Assembly: GCA_963783305.1 (NCBI GenBank)
Contig: CAWAMW010000017.1
Coordinates: 64,001 to 128,000 of the forward strand
Direction of reading: 5' to 3'
Source of the DNA: an uncultured Gemmatimonadales bacterium
Lineage (GTDB): Bacteria > Gemmatimonadota > Gemmatimonadetes > Longimicrobiales > RSA9
DNA: 64,000 nt
Positions 28,547 through 38,326 of the stretch are shown here, in pieces. Below the pieces are notes generated by a model. The model did no database searches and was not told the origin of the DNA. It saw only the letters and a list, made by a program, of their open reading frames with translations. Each line of letters opens with the position of its first letter. Within the stretch, counting starts at the first letter, position 1. The translations under genes and the position numbers were made by a program.

Positions 28547-30221
28547 TGGTGGTGTTCCGGAGCGCCCGGAGCACTTCACCCACCACGCTCTCCGACACCT
28601 CCACGAGTGAGAACCGCTCGGTGATCTCGATGGACCCGATGGAGCCACCCTTCACCGACGACTCCCCCGTGATCGCCCCCACCAGGTCCTTCGGCGCAAC
28701 GCCCGTTTCCCGGCCGGCGCCCACGTAGATCCGGACGACATCGCCCTGTGGCCCGCCGCTTCGGCGCCGTCCGCCCTTCGCGCCAGCCGCCCCACCCCTG
28801 CCGGCCGCGCCACGACCTCCGCCGCGGCCGCGCCCACCCTCAGCCGCGCCCTCCTGCGCGGGTCGCACGTCGGGGATGTCGATATCCTCCCTCTCCGCAT
28901 CACCCCCGGTGGCCTCCTGGGCCAGCTTCACCGCGGCCATGGCGACCTCCATGGGGTCGAACTCCTCGGCCAGCGACTCCACGACGACCCGGAACCGCTC
29001 CAGCTCGCCGGAAAGGAGTGTCTCCCGGAGGGTCGCGCGCACCAGTTCCATCCGGTGGGCCCTCAGGTCGGCGACCGTGGGCACCTTCTCCACTTCGATC
29101 TTCCGCTTCGTCAGCTGCTCGATGTTCCGGAGCAGCCGGTGCTCCCGCGGCTGCGTCAGCGTGATGGCCACGCCTTCCCGCCCCGCACGCCCCACTCGGC
29201 CGATCCGGTGGACATAGGATTCCGGTGCGTTGGGCAGGTCGAAGTTGATCACGTGCGTGAGCCGCGGGATGTCGAGGCCACGTGCCGCCACATCCGTGGC
29301 CACCAGCAGGTCCACCGCCCCACCCCGCAGCTTTTTCATGACCCGGTCGCGCTGGTCCTGCGCCATCCCGCCGTGCATGGACTCCGTGCTGTACCCGTGG
29401 GCGTTCAGCGTCTCCGACAGCTCGTCCACCTCGTTCCGCGTGCGGCAGAAGATGATGGCCGCCTCGGGGCTCTCCAGGTCCAGGACCCGGTCGAGGGCAG
29501 CCACCTTGTGGGCCCGCGGCACGACGTACGCCACCTGCCGAACCAGCGGCACCGCCCCCTCCTCGAGCGGCTCCCTGCGGATCCGGATCTGCACCGGGTC
29601 CCGGAGGTGCCGCTCGGCGATCGCCGCGATCCGCGGCGGCATGGTGGCCGAAAAGAGCACCGACTGCCGCTCCTCGGGCGTCGCCGACAGGATCGAGTCC
29701 AGGTCCTCGGCAAAGCCCATGTCCAGCATCTCGTCGGCCTCGTCCAGGACGACCACCCGCAGACCGTCCAGGACCAGCGTGCCTCGGTCGATGTGGTCCA
29801 GCGCACGCCCCGGCGTGGCCACCACCACGTCCACTCCCCGCTTCAGGACCCGGAGCTGCTGACCGAACGACTGCCCGCCATACACCGGCAGCACCCGCAC
29901 GCCCAGCGCTCGGCCATAGCGGTGCACCGCCTCCGCCACCTGCATCGCCAGCTCACGCGTCGGCACCAGCACCAGCGCAGAGGGCGAGGGCCGGTCCTCC
30001 GATGACGCCATCCGGTCGAGAAGAGGGAGCGCGAACGCTGCGGTCTTTCCCGTTCCCGTCGCCGCCTGCCCTACCAGGTCCCGCCCGTCCAGGAGCGGCG
30101 GGATCGCCTCCTCCTGGATCGGCGTTGGCTCCTCGTAACCGAGCTCGTCCAGCGCCGCTACCAGACGCGCATCCAGACCCAGCGCCTCGAACCCACCCGT
30201 CATGCCGCCGTCCTCGCCCAT
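28497..30221 (-). CDS. deaD: DEAD-box RNA helicase with DbpA RNA-binding domain (DeaD/CsdA-like)
   Basis: Q motif, ATGTGKT, PTRELA, DEAD, SAT and HRIGRVGR; C-terminal DbpA domain. Confidence 0.9.
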   Translation of the reverse strand: MGEDGGMTGGFEALGLDARLVAALDELGYEEPTPIQEEAIPPLLDGRDLVGQAATGTGKTAAFALPLLDRMASSEDRPSPSALVLVPTRELAMQVAEAVHRYGRALGVRVLPVYGGQSFGQQLRVLKRGVDVVVATPGRALDHIDRGTLVLDGLRVVVLDEADEMLDMGFAEDLDSILSATPEERQSVLFSATMPPRIAAIAERHLRDPVQIRIRREPLEEGAVPLVRQVAYVVPRAHKVAALDRVLDLESPEAAIIFCRTRNEVDELSETLNAHGYSTESMHGGMAQDQRDRVMKKLRGGAVDLLVATDVAARGLDIPRLTHVINFDLPNAPESYVHRIGRVGRAGREGVAITLTQPREHRLLRNIEQLTKRKIEVEKVPTVADLRAHRMELVRATLRETLLSGELERFRVVVESLAEEFDPMEVAMAAVKLAQEATGGDAEREDIDIPDVRPAQEGAAEGGRGRGGGRGAAGRGGAAGAKGGRRRSGGPQGDVVRIYVGAGRETGVAPKDLVGAITGESSVKGGSIGSIEITERFSLVEVSESVVGEVLRALRNTTIKGQKVKVRRDRARRD

Positions 30222-30351
30222 TGTCCCTGCCCCATACGTAGTCACTCGCACCGCCCGTTCCGGGTACCCATCATAACAGCGGACCGAAACGCCGTCCGGG
30301 CTCGAGTGATCGGGCGCCGTGAGACGACGACGCAGGACCAGCCACCCGCCC

Positions 30352-33300
30352 CTACTCCCTCCAGACGGCGCCGTACCCCAGCGCCCACAGCTTTTCGTTC
30401 AGCGCGGGGATGTCCTCGTTCACCATGGCCTCGGCCCGCGCCTTCAGCTGCCCCCACCGCGGGCGCAGCTCCGTCACCCGCTGACGCGAGGACTGGTTCA
30501 CCCGCGGCAGATCGCTCTCCGTGGCGTTGATCAGGAAGAGGTAGTTCGCCGTGAAGCGCTGGGGGAAATTCTCCACATCGTCGTAGGCCTTCGACAGCCG
30601 CGAGACCATGTCCGAGTCCCACGCCTCGAGCCTCGCCAGCAGCGCTTCGCCCTCCGCGCGGACTGCCGCGTACGGCTCTCCGGCGGGCAGCTCCGCCAGA
30701 ATCGCCGAGAGCTGCCCGTGCGCCGCGTACAGCCGGTTCACCATCTCGTGCATGGTGTTCGTCTCGGATTCCAGCTCCGTCATGAACACGTCGTATTCGG
30801 CGTACGTGGCGGCATCCGTGGCATAGAGCGGGTTGGGCAGGATCCGGGCTTCGGTGGCCACCGTCCGCTCCCCCGCATTCAGCGTGAACCGGTACAGCCC
30901 CGGTGGCGCCTTGTGCCCCCTGTAGCTGGCCTCGACGTAGACCCCTGGCACGCCGGCCATCGTCGGGTGCCGCATGTCCCAGACGAACCGGTTCAGTCCT
31001 TCCGCCATGGGCAGCACCCGGGCGGCCGGCGGACCGCCATCCCAGCGGTGGAACGACGTGTCCCGCACCGAGGTGAACGTTCGGATGGTCCGCCCCGCGG
31101 CGTCGGCCACGGTGAGCGTGACCGTGTCCGTATCCGCGAGCTCCGGGAGCTGGTAGTAGAGGACGATGCCATTGGCGGGGTTGACGCCGCGGGAGCCGCT
31201 GGCGCCGGTGAAGTCGTCGTCGGGGTTATCCAGCTCGCTGCCGCCGTTGGCCAGGTAGGCGTCGGCCGGCTCGTAGAGGTGGAAGGCGGGCAGCTCCGGC
31301 GAGTACTGCCGGATCAGCGACAGATCGTCCAGGATCCAGAAGCCGCGGCCGGAGGTGGCCGCGATGAGGTCACCCCGGTGGACGGCGAGGTCATTGATCG
31401 GCGTGATGGGGAGGTTCAGCTGGAAGGGCGACCAGTCCCGCCCGCCGTTCCAGGAAATGAAGACGCCACGCTCCGTGCCGGCATAGAGCAGGTCCCGTCG
31501 AACGTCGTCCTCCCGCACCACCCGCGTGAAGGCGCCGTCCGGGATCCCCCGGTCGATCTTCGTCCAGCTCGCGCCGTAATTCGTGGTCTTGTACAGACCG
31601 GGCGCGTGGTCGTCGAACTTGTACCGGGTCGTGGCGATGTATGCGGTTGCCGGGTCGAACGGGGACACCTCGATGGCGTTGACCAGCGACTCGGGCAGCC
31701 CCTTCGGCGTTACGTTGGTCCAGCTCGCGCCGCCATCCCTCGTCAGGTGGACCAGCCCGTCATCGCTCCCGGTCCAGATGACACCCGCCTCGTGCGGCGA
31801 CTCGGCGATGTACGCCAGCGTCCCGTAGTTCTCCGCGCCCACCGCCTCGTTCGTGAACGGCACGCCCGGCGTCCCCTGCTTCTCCTCGTCGTCCCGGGTC
31901 AGGTCCGGGGACACCTCCATCCACGTGCGCCCCAGGTCCGATGTCTTCAGCAGGAGCTGGGCGCCATGATAGAAGGTGTTCGGCTCGTGCCGGCTCCAGA
32001 TGATGGGCGCGTTCCAGTTGTACCGGTACTTCATCTCGCTGGCGTCCATGCCGAGGTACTGGATCGGCGCGGCCATGATGCTCGTGCTCGCGCCCGCCTC
32101 CGTGTCGAGGACCTCGATGGTCCCCTGGTAGCTCCCGCCCAGGACGTAGCGCGGGTCGTCCGGGTCGAACGCCAGGAACGCGCTCTCGCCGCCGGCGGAG
32201 GACGTCCAGCTCTCAGTGGTGATCCCGCCGGCGCCCAGCTCGCGACTGGCGATGACCACCGACGAGTTGTCCTGCTGACCGCCGTAGACGCGGTACGGGA
32301 AGCGGTTGTCCACGTTGATTCGATAGATCTGGGCGGTGGGCTGCGTGGACTGTGAGCTCCAGCTGCTCCCACCGTCGAACGTGACCACGGCGCCACCGTC
32401 GTCGGCGAGGATGAAGTTGTCGGGGTCGTCGGGGTTGATCCACATGTCGTGGTAGTCCCCGTGCACGCCCTCCAGGTCCTGCCACGTCTTCCCGCCGTCG
32501 TCCGAGCGCAGCGCCGGGGCGCTAAGCACGTAGATCCGGTCCTCGTCCATGGGGTCGACGAAGAGCTCGATGTAGTACCAGGCGCGCTGTACGAGGCGCG
32601 GCTCGCCGGTGACGCGGCTCCAGCGCGCGCCGGCGTCGGTGGAGACGTAGAGCCCGCGATCGTCCCCGTCCGACTCGCTCTCGATGAGCGCGTAGACCTT
32701 CTGGGGGTTGGACGGGCTCACCGCGATGGCCATCTTCCCCATCTTCTCGGGCAGCCCGTTCGTCATCCGCTGCCACGTGTCTCCCCCGTCGGTCGACTTG
32801 TACAGGCCGCTGCCGGGGCCGCCGCTGATGACCTGCCACGGCCGGCGCCCGTGCTCCCACATGGCCGCGTAGAGAATGCGCGGGTTCGTGGGGTCCATGG
32901 ACAGCTCGGCGGCGCCGGTCCGCTCATCCACGTACAGCACGTTCTTCCACGTGACGCCGCCATCGCTGGACTTGAAGACGCCGCGCTCGGGGGAGGGGCC
33001 GTAGAGGGCGCCCTGGGCCGCCACCAGGACGACATCGGGGTCGCGGGGGTCCACCACGATCCGGGAAATGTGGCGGGTGGCATCCAGGCCCATCTTCCGC
33101 CACGTCCTGCCGGCATCCGTGGACCGGTAGACGCCGTCCCCCGAGTGCGTCATCACGCCCCGCGGCGCGTGCTCACCCATCCCCACGTAGACCACGTTGG
33201 GGTCGCTCGCCGCCACCGCCACGGCGCCCACGGACCCCGTGCGGAAGTAGCCGTCGGAGATGTTGCGCCAGCTGATCCCGGCGTTGTCGGTCTTCCACAC

Positions 33301-33558
33301 GCCCCCACCGGTGGTCCCCATGTAGTACGTCCTCGGGTCGCCCACCACACCGGTTGCCGCCACCGAGCGGCCGCCGCGGTACGGGCCGATGGAGCGCCAC
33401 TTCACGGGCGCGAAGACGCTGTCCAGGGCGGAGGTCGCGGGGGGCGCGGTCTGTGCCATCAGCCCCGCCGAGATACCGGACAACGCGGAAAGGGGCAGAA
33501 GCGCCAGCAGCATGAAAGAACGGATCAGAATCCAACCATGGCCGTCGATGTTCCGCAC
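30352..33558 (-). CDS. Exported VPS10/BNR-repeat (sortilin-like) glycosyl hydrolase family protein
   Basis: Signal peptide; [11 protein letters not shown]; repeated SxDGGxTW BNR motifs. Confidence 0.85.
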   Translation of the reverse strand: MRNIDGHGWILIRSFMLLALLPLSALSGISAGLMAQTAPPATSALDSVFAPVKWRSIGPYRGGRSVAATGVVGDPRTYYMGTTGGGVWKTDNAGISWRNISDGYFRTGSVGAVAVAASDPNVVYVGMGEHAPRGVMTHSGDGVYRSTDAGRTWRKMGLDATRHISRIVVDPRDPDVVLVAAQGALYGPSPERGVFKSSDGGVTWKNVLYVDERTGAAELSMDPTNPRILYAAMWEHGRRPWQVISGGPGSGLYKSTDGGDTWQRMTNGLPEKMGKMAIAVSPSNPQKVYALIESESDGDDRGLYVSTDAGARWSRVTGEPRLVQRAWYYIELFVDPMDEDRIYVLSAPALRSDDGGKTWQDLEGVHGDYHDMWINPDDPDNFILADDGGAVVTFDGGSSWSSQSTQPTAQIYRINVDNRFPYRVYGGQQDNSSVVIASRELGAGGITTESWTSSAGGESAFLAFDPDDPRYVLGGSYQGTIEVLDTEAGASTSIMAAPIQYLGMDASEMKYRYNWNAPIIWSRHEPNTFYHGAQLLLKTSDLGRTWMEVSPDLTRDDEEKQGTPGVPFTNEAVGAENYGTLAYIAESPHEAGVIWTGSDDGLVHLTRDGGASWTNVTPKGLPESLVNAIEVSPFDPATAYIATTRYKFDDHAPGLYKTTNYGASWTKIDRGIPDGAFTRVVREDDVRRDLLYAGTERGVFISWNGGRDWSPFQLNLPITPINDLAVHRGDLIAATSGRGFWILDDLSLIRQYSPELPAFHLYEPADAYLANGGSELDNPDDDFTGASGSRGVNPANGIVLYYQLPELADTDTVTLTVADAAGRTIRTFTSVRDTSFHRWDGGPPAARVLPMAEGLNRFVWDMRHPTMAGVPGVYVEASYRGHKAPPGLYRFTLNAGERTVATEARILPNPLYATDAATYAEYDVFMTELESETNTMHEMVNRLYAAHGQLSAILAELPAGEPYAAVRAEGEALLARLEAWDSDMVSRLSKAYDDVENFPQRFTANYLFLINATESDLPRVNQSSRQRVTELRPRWGQLKARAEAMVNEDIPALNEKLWALGYGAVWRE

Positions 33559-33787
33559 GGTCTCCTCCGGGGCGGTCGAGTAACCCGAAACGCGCGGCGG
33601 ACGCGTCGGTCACCCGCTCCCCCTGCTGCGAGGGTGCCGCCGCTGCGATGTCAGGCTGATGAGCAGGAACGTGGAATCGGTTCCCCGGAAAGGTGAGGGG
33701 GTCGGCGAGGCGCCGGCAAGGGCGGGGGTGCGCGGGAAAGACCGACTGGCGCCGTCACGCCGGGCGCCGGAGGGTGCTGCTCGGACC

Positions 33788-34086
33788 TCATTCGCACGCG
33801 AGCGGCGACGTCCGGTCGCTGAGCTCACGAGGGGGGTGAATGCCACGGAGCCGTTCGTGCCACTCCGCCTCGATGGCCGCCTCGCTCCGGCCGGCGTGAG
33901 CCGCGTAGCCATCGAGCCCTCGCTCCAGAGCACCCTCAGCCCCGCGACACCGTCGGTCTCGGCGACGTGCTGCACGAGACTGCCCGCCTCCAGATGGGCC
34001 GCGGCGCTCTGAGATCGAAGTCCGTCCGCAGCGCTCGCAGGGGTACATGGGCACCATCGCGCTGGAGCGCCGCCGCCCACTCGGCT
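33788..34086 (-). pseudogene. 5'-truncated, frameshifted remnant resembling a peptidase MA-like C-terminal domain
   Basis: Three frames join into EWAAALQRDGAHVPLRALRTDFDL / SAAAHLEAGSLVQHVAETDGVAGLRVLW / ERGLDGYAAHAGRSEAAIEAEWHERL. Confidence 0.5.
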
Positions 34087-34117
34087 CGGGGCACTTCATT
34101 CCTTGGCAATGAGGCGA

Positions 34118-35536
34118 TCAGCGGTCGGGGAAGTAAGGTTCGAGTGCTGAAGCAGGCGGTGGCTTGGTCATCATGCTGACAGCGAACATCAGGACGGCCG
34201 AGGCAAGGAAGCCCGGGACCACGGGATCAATGTTCTCCGGTCCGAGAAGCTCCCAAAAGGCCGTGGCGGTCACGCCGCCGATCATCGCCGCGATCGCGCC
34301 CTCCCGGGTCGCCCGCTTCCAGAATATCCCACCGACCACCGGAACAAAGAAGCTGGCCGCCATCAGCGCGGTGAACAGAAGCACGATGAACTGGATCAAC
34401 TCACCCTCTCCCACTCCGCTGATCACTAGGATCAAAGGCACGGTGCCGACGATGAAGATGCCGATTCGCGCCACCGTAAGTCGTCGCGCGTGAGTGGCGA
34501 CGCGGTCGAACAGCGAGTGGAAAATGTCTTCGGAAAGTGCCGAACCCGCGACGATCAGCAGCGAGTCGACCGTCGACATCATGGCTGAGGTGATGGCCGC
34601 GAGCATCAGTGTGCCGATGAAGCTCGGCAGGATCGCCCGCGCGACGATGGGCATGGCCAGGTCGCCCGTGGACAACATTGGAAACAGCACGATGCTGACC
34701 AGGCCCAGCACCATCACGAGCAGATTGAGCGCGATGACCAGCACCATCGTCAGAAATATGCCGCGCCGGATCGTAGCCATGTCCTTCATCGCATAGAGCC
34801 GTACGAGCTTTTCCGGCGTGGAGACCGATCCGAGGAAGAATGCCAGCCCCATCGTGAATAGCAATGCCCCCGGTAATGTCCCCCATTCAAAGACCAGCGG
34901 CTTCACCGCCTGCACGTAGGAGAGGAGATTGCCGACACCGTCCAGCTGCCGGATCGCTAGCGGAACGGCGATCACGGCGCCGAGGACCATGATGAGCATT
35001 TGTACGAAATCTGTATAGACCACGGCCATCATCCCGCCGATGACGGTATAGATCAGGAGGATGACGGTGAACAGAACCATCCCTTCCACCAGAGGCAGGC
35101 CGAACACGATATTGGCGACGAGGCCGCCCGCAACGATCTGCGCCTGGATATACACGGTGATCGCCACCATGATGATGACGGCGGCAACCGCTCGCGCGGC
35201 GCGGCTGTAGTACCTTCGCTCAATGAATGCCGGCAGCGTCAACTCCCGCGCCTTCGTGAAACGAGGAGCCAGAACGGCCGCCATGAACCAGTAGGACAGT
35301 GGGATTGCGAGCAGCACCCAGCCGAACGACCAGCCGAACGCATAGATCGCTCCGATCGCGCCGATGAATGTGCCGCCACTCGTGTGCGTCGCGGCCAGCG
35401 TGGCACCGCCCACCAACCAGCCAAGCCTGCCGCCAGCGATCCAGTAGTCGCTCTCGTCCTGCGTCTTTCGCAGGCTGTAGTACCCGATGGCGAAGACCAC
35501 TAGGAAGTACAGCCCGAAGATCACGATGCGAGTCAC
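34118..35536 (-). CDS. Sodium:solute symporter (SSS; PutP/PanF-like)
   Basis: About 13 TM helices; YTVIGGMMAVVYTD, AAITSAMMSTVDS and FWKRATREGA. Confidence 0.92.
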   Translation of the reverse strand: MTRIVIFGLYFLVVFAIGYYSLRKTQDESDYWIAGGRLGWLVGGATLAATHTSGGTFIGAIGAIYAFGWSFGWVLLAIPLSYWFMAAVLAPRFTKARELTLPAFIERRYYSRAARAVAAVIIMVAITVYIQAQIVAGGLVANIVFGLPLVEGMVLFTVILLIYTVIGGMMAVVYTDFVQMLIMVLGAVIAVPLAIRQLDGVGNLLSYVQAVKPLVFEWGTLPGALLFTMGLAFFLGSVSTPEKLVRLYAMKDMATIRRGIFLTMVLVIALNLLVMVLGLVSIVLFPMLSTGDLAMPIVARAILPSFIGTLMLAAITSAMMSTVDSLLIVAGSALSEDIFHSLFDRVATHARRLTVARIGIFIVGTVPLILVISGVGEGELIQFIVLLFTALMAASFFVPVVGGIFWKRATREGAIAAMIGGVTATAFWELLGPENIDPVVPGFLASAVLMFAVSMMTKPPPASALEPYFPDR

Positions 35537-35661
35537 TCTTCAGAGCTCCGGACGGATCGGGCCGCCTCTCGTCTCTCCGTCCACAACATCCAGCCGATAT
35601 AGCCAATCAGGATCAGGCCAAGGGCGACGAACAGCCCCCAGAAAACGAACGAAAGTGACAT
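35533..35661 (-). CDS. 42-aa single-TM protein translationally coupled to the SSS gene
   Basis: MSLSFVFWGLFVALGLILIGYIGWMLWTERREAARSVRSSEE*; its stop overlaps the SSS GTG start (GTGA). Not in the ORF track. Confidence 0.7.
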   Translation of the reverse strand: MSLSFVFWGLFVALGLILIGYIGWMLWTERREAARSVRSSEE

Positions 35662-35676
35662 TTGGATGCTGTCAGT

Positions 35677-36414
35677 TCAGGAGGTACGTAACACTCGGAA
35701 GGCGACGGTGCCGAGCCCGGCCAGCGCCACGACCGTAAAGATGTCGACGAGCCGGCCGAACGGAAGCAGCGGCGCGTCACCCTCGCGACTTCGCCAGCGC
35801 AGGAGGGAAGGTGCCGCCTGCAGCCGCAGAGAATAGCGGGAAACCCATTCACCGTGGCGCACGGTGTGAGGGACGGTGGGGAACGTTTCGTACACCACCT
35901 GCCTGCTCGGTAATTCAATCGTTGCGGTAAAGAAATCGTCGGTCGGGTTTGACGGCACCGCGACCGGCAGGAGCACCGGGACGGCGGCGTTCCTCACGGC
36001 GCCGGGTTCAACGCGGACTGCTCGCAGTACTCGGTAGCTGAGTCGGACCGTCTGTTCGCCCGCGGCAGACCGCGGTGGCAGGCGTACGAATCCCGCTATC
36101 GCGGGAGTCCGGGACCGATTCAGATCCGCTGCGGCAGTGTCGGTCCCGACCCGGGCCCGTAGATCCTGGATCTCGGCGCCAAAGTACTCAAGCCCGGTCA
36201 GACGAAGCGTATCCGTGGCCGCATTGACCACCAGACGGAACTGCACGGCGACGTCCACCGCACCGCTGTCGTCCCCGGGGACCACCTCGACGGCGACGCT
36301 CTCTACGATGGGCGTTTGGGCCTCGGCCACGCCCACTGCGGCTGGAAGCGGCGCCAGCAGCGCCAGGGCGCAGAGACGCAGCGCTCGGCGAATACGCCCC
36401 GGGTCAGCGTTCAC
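35677..36414 (-). CDS. Hypothetical exported protein with C-terminal membrane anchor
   Basis: Signal peptide ending AEAQ, beta-rich body, C-terminal TM helix; operonic overlap with the upstream gene. Confidence 0.7.
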   Translation of the reverse strand: MNADPGRIRRALRLCALALLAPLPAAVGVAEAQTPIVESVAVEVVPGDDSGAVDVAVQFRLVVNAATDTLRLTGLEYFGAEIQDLRARVGTDTAAADLNRSRTPAIAGFVRLPPRSAAGEQTVRLSYRVLRAVRVEPGAVRNAAVPVLLPVAVPSNPTDDFFTATIELPSRQVVYETFPTVPHTVRHGEWVSRYSLRLQAAPSLLRWRSREGDAPLLPFGRLVDIFTVVALAGLGTVAFRVLRTS

Positions 36415-38326
36415 AGATCCCTAGATGCCGTTCAAAGAACTGCTCCAGCCGCCTGTACATGTCTACTCGATTTGCAGGATCCCGGAAGCCGTGCCCCTCC
36501 GTAGGGTAGCTGTGGTGATCAAATTCCTTTCCGAGGCGCTCCAGCTCCGCAACGGCGAACTCGTAGTGGAGGAACGGCACCCGACGGTCCTGCTCGCCGT
36601 GCAGCAGCAGCACGGGAGCCTTCAACTGACCCAGCCGGTCAAGCGTTTCGCTCGAGCGATAACTGTCCGGGCGCTCTTCCGGGGTACCGCCGTGGCCGGT
36701 GATGGTGAAGATCTTACCGAGTCGATCCGTTTCGGCGAGCGTGCGCGTCTTGGAATAGGCACCTCGCATGGCGACCGCCGCGTCGAACTTGTCCGGCGTG
36801 CGCGTGGCCGCCGCGAGCGACATACTGCCGCCGTAACTGCCTCCATAGATACCCACACGGCCATTCACGATCGGCATGCGCCGCAGGTAATCCGCGGCTG
36901 CGCCCGCGTCAAGCGCCTGGTCGCCGAGCCAGTCCTCGATTGCCAGATCCTGGAACTCGCGGCCGAAGCCGGATCCGCCGCGGTAGTTGATCGCGAGAAC
37001 TACGTAGCCACGCGACGCCAGGTACTGCTCGGTCAGATTGAGCCGGTTCAGGTACGAGTTGGTTCCGCCTCCATGCACCTGGACCAGCGCGGGACAGGCG
37101 CTGCCGCGGCGGCTCTGGGGTGGCTCGTACAGAAAGCCCTGGACGTAGAGCCCATCGAAGCTTCGGTAGGCCACCTCGATCGGCTCCACGAGATCCAGCC
37201 AGGCGGACGACAGCGCGGTCAGGCGGAGCGCCGGTCCACCGGCGGCGTCGAACATGTAGACCTCGGGCCCCACGGTGGGTCCGCTTCGCACGAAGGCGAA
37301 CCGATCCGCACCACGGGTAGAAGTCAGCGAAGACAGCGACCCGCCGAGGTTCGTAACGCGCGTGGCCACACCCCCGGCCGCCGGAACAGACCAGAGGTCG
37401 TACGCCCCACGCTGCATGTATGGGAAGTAGAGGCGTTCGCCGTCGCCGCTCCAGTATGGCCGGTGCCGCATGATGCCATCGGTCGCGTACACCTGCATCT
37501 CCAGCGCATGCTCACTGCCCGGTCTCTCTGCGTCCACCACGTACAGGTAGGAGAGGTCCTGATACCAGTACTCGTCCTTGGCCGTGCCCATCAGGGCAAT
37601 GCGTTTGCCGTCCGGGGACCAGACCGGCGTCGACGATGCCATCAGCGCACGCGTGAGTTGAGTCGCCTCCCCGCTGGCCACGTCGACGAGCCAGAGGTCA
37701 TCCATCCAGTAGTCCGCCGCGTTCGAGACGTACGCGATGGTGCGTGAGTCCGGCGACCACGCCGGCTCGAACCGCGGATCGTCCAGTGCGGCGGCTCCGT
37801 TCGTCAGTTGTTGGGGCGCACCACTGCCGTCGGCGGCGACCAGCCAGATGTCCTGCGCGCCGCCCTCGCTGCTATAGAAGGCAAGGCGTCCTCCGTCTGG
37901 AGAAAAGGAGGCATCGCGCACGCCGCTGAGCCCGGTCGTCAGCCGCACCACGGCGTCGGGTGCGCCGGCCGGCGCGATCCACAGATCCCCCTCGGCTTGA
38001 AACGCGATCCGTTCACCATCGGGCGACCAGACCGGGGATCCGCCTGCGCTCCACCACCGTGCCGTGGCCCCCGCACCATTGGCTGTCTGCAGCAGGTAGA
38101 TCCCGCGGCCATCCTCCCCAGACGCCGTGACCGCGATGCGATCGCCGGCGGGCGCGATCACGGCACTCGACGGGCCGCTCCGGTCCACGTGGATGTTCTC
38201 CAGGGTCAGATCGAGTGTGTCCGCCGGCTGCGGCCCCACATGCTGCGCCGCGGCAGGGGCCGAAACCGGCAGGGCCAGCAGGAGCGCACCACAAACCAGC
38301 CTCACGCCCTCCAGGGGCCGCCTCAC
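36404..38326 (-). CDS. S9 family peptidase with PD40 propeller
   Basis: Signal peptide; WSPDG repeats; VHGGG, GGSYGG, DRRV and EGHGF. Confidence 0.92.
   Translation of the reverse strand: MRRPLEGVRLVCGALLLALPVSAPAAAQHVGPQPADTLDLTLENIHVDRSGPSSAVIAPAGDRIAVTASGEDGRGIYLLQTANGAGATARWWSAGGSPVWSPDGERIAFQAEGDLWIAPAGAPDAVVRLTTGLSGVRDASFSPDGGRLAFYSSEGGAQDIWLVAADGSGAPQQLTNGAAALDDPRFEPAWSPDSRTIAYVSNAADYWMDDLWLVDVASGEATQLTRALMASSTPVWSPDGKRIALMGTAKDEYWYQDLSYLYVVDAERPGSEHALEMQVYATDGIMRHRPYWSGDGERLYFPYMQRGAYDLWSVPAAGGVATRVTNLGGSLSSLTSTRGADRFAFVRSGPTVGPEVYMFDAAGGPALRLTALSSAWLDLVEPIEVAYRSFDGLYVQGFLYEPPQSRRGSACPALVQVHGGGTNSYLNRLNLTEQYLASRGYVVLAINYRGGSGFGREFQDLAIEDWLGDQALDAGAAADYLRRMPIVNGRVGIYGGSYGGSMSLAAATRTPDKFDAAVAMRGAYSKTRTLAETDRLGKIFTITGHGGTPEERPDSYRSSETLDRLGQLKAPVLLLHGEQDRRVPFLHYEFAVAELERLGKEFDHHSYPTEGHGFRDPANRVDMYRRLEQFFERHLGICER

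Noticed and set aside
33745..33775. CCTCCGG match as a second tRNA att copy
   Set aside because: Only 7 bp match, expected by chance at this GC content; no T arm.
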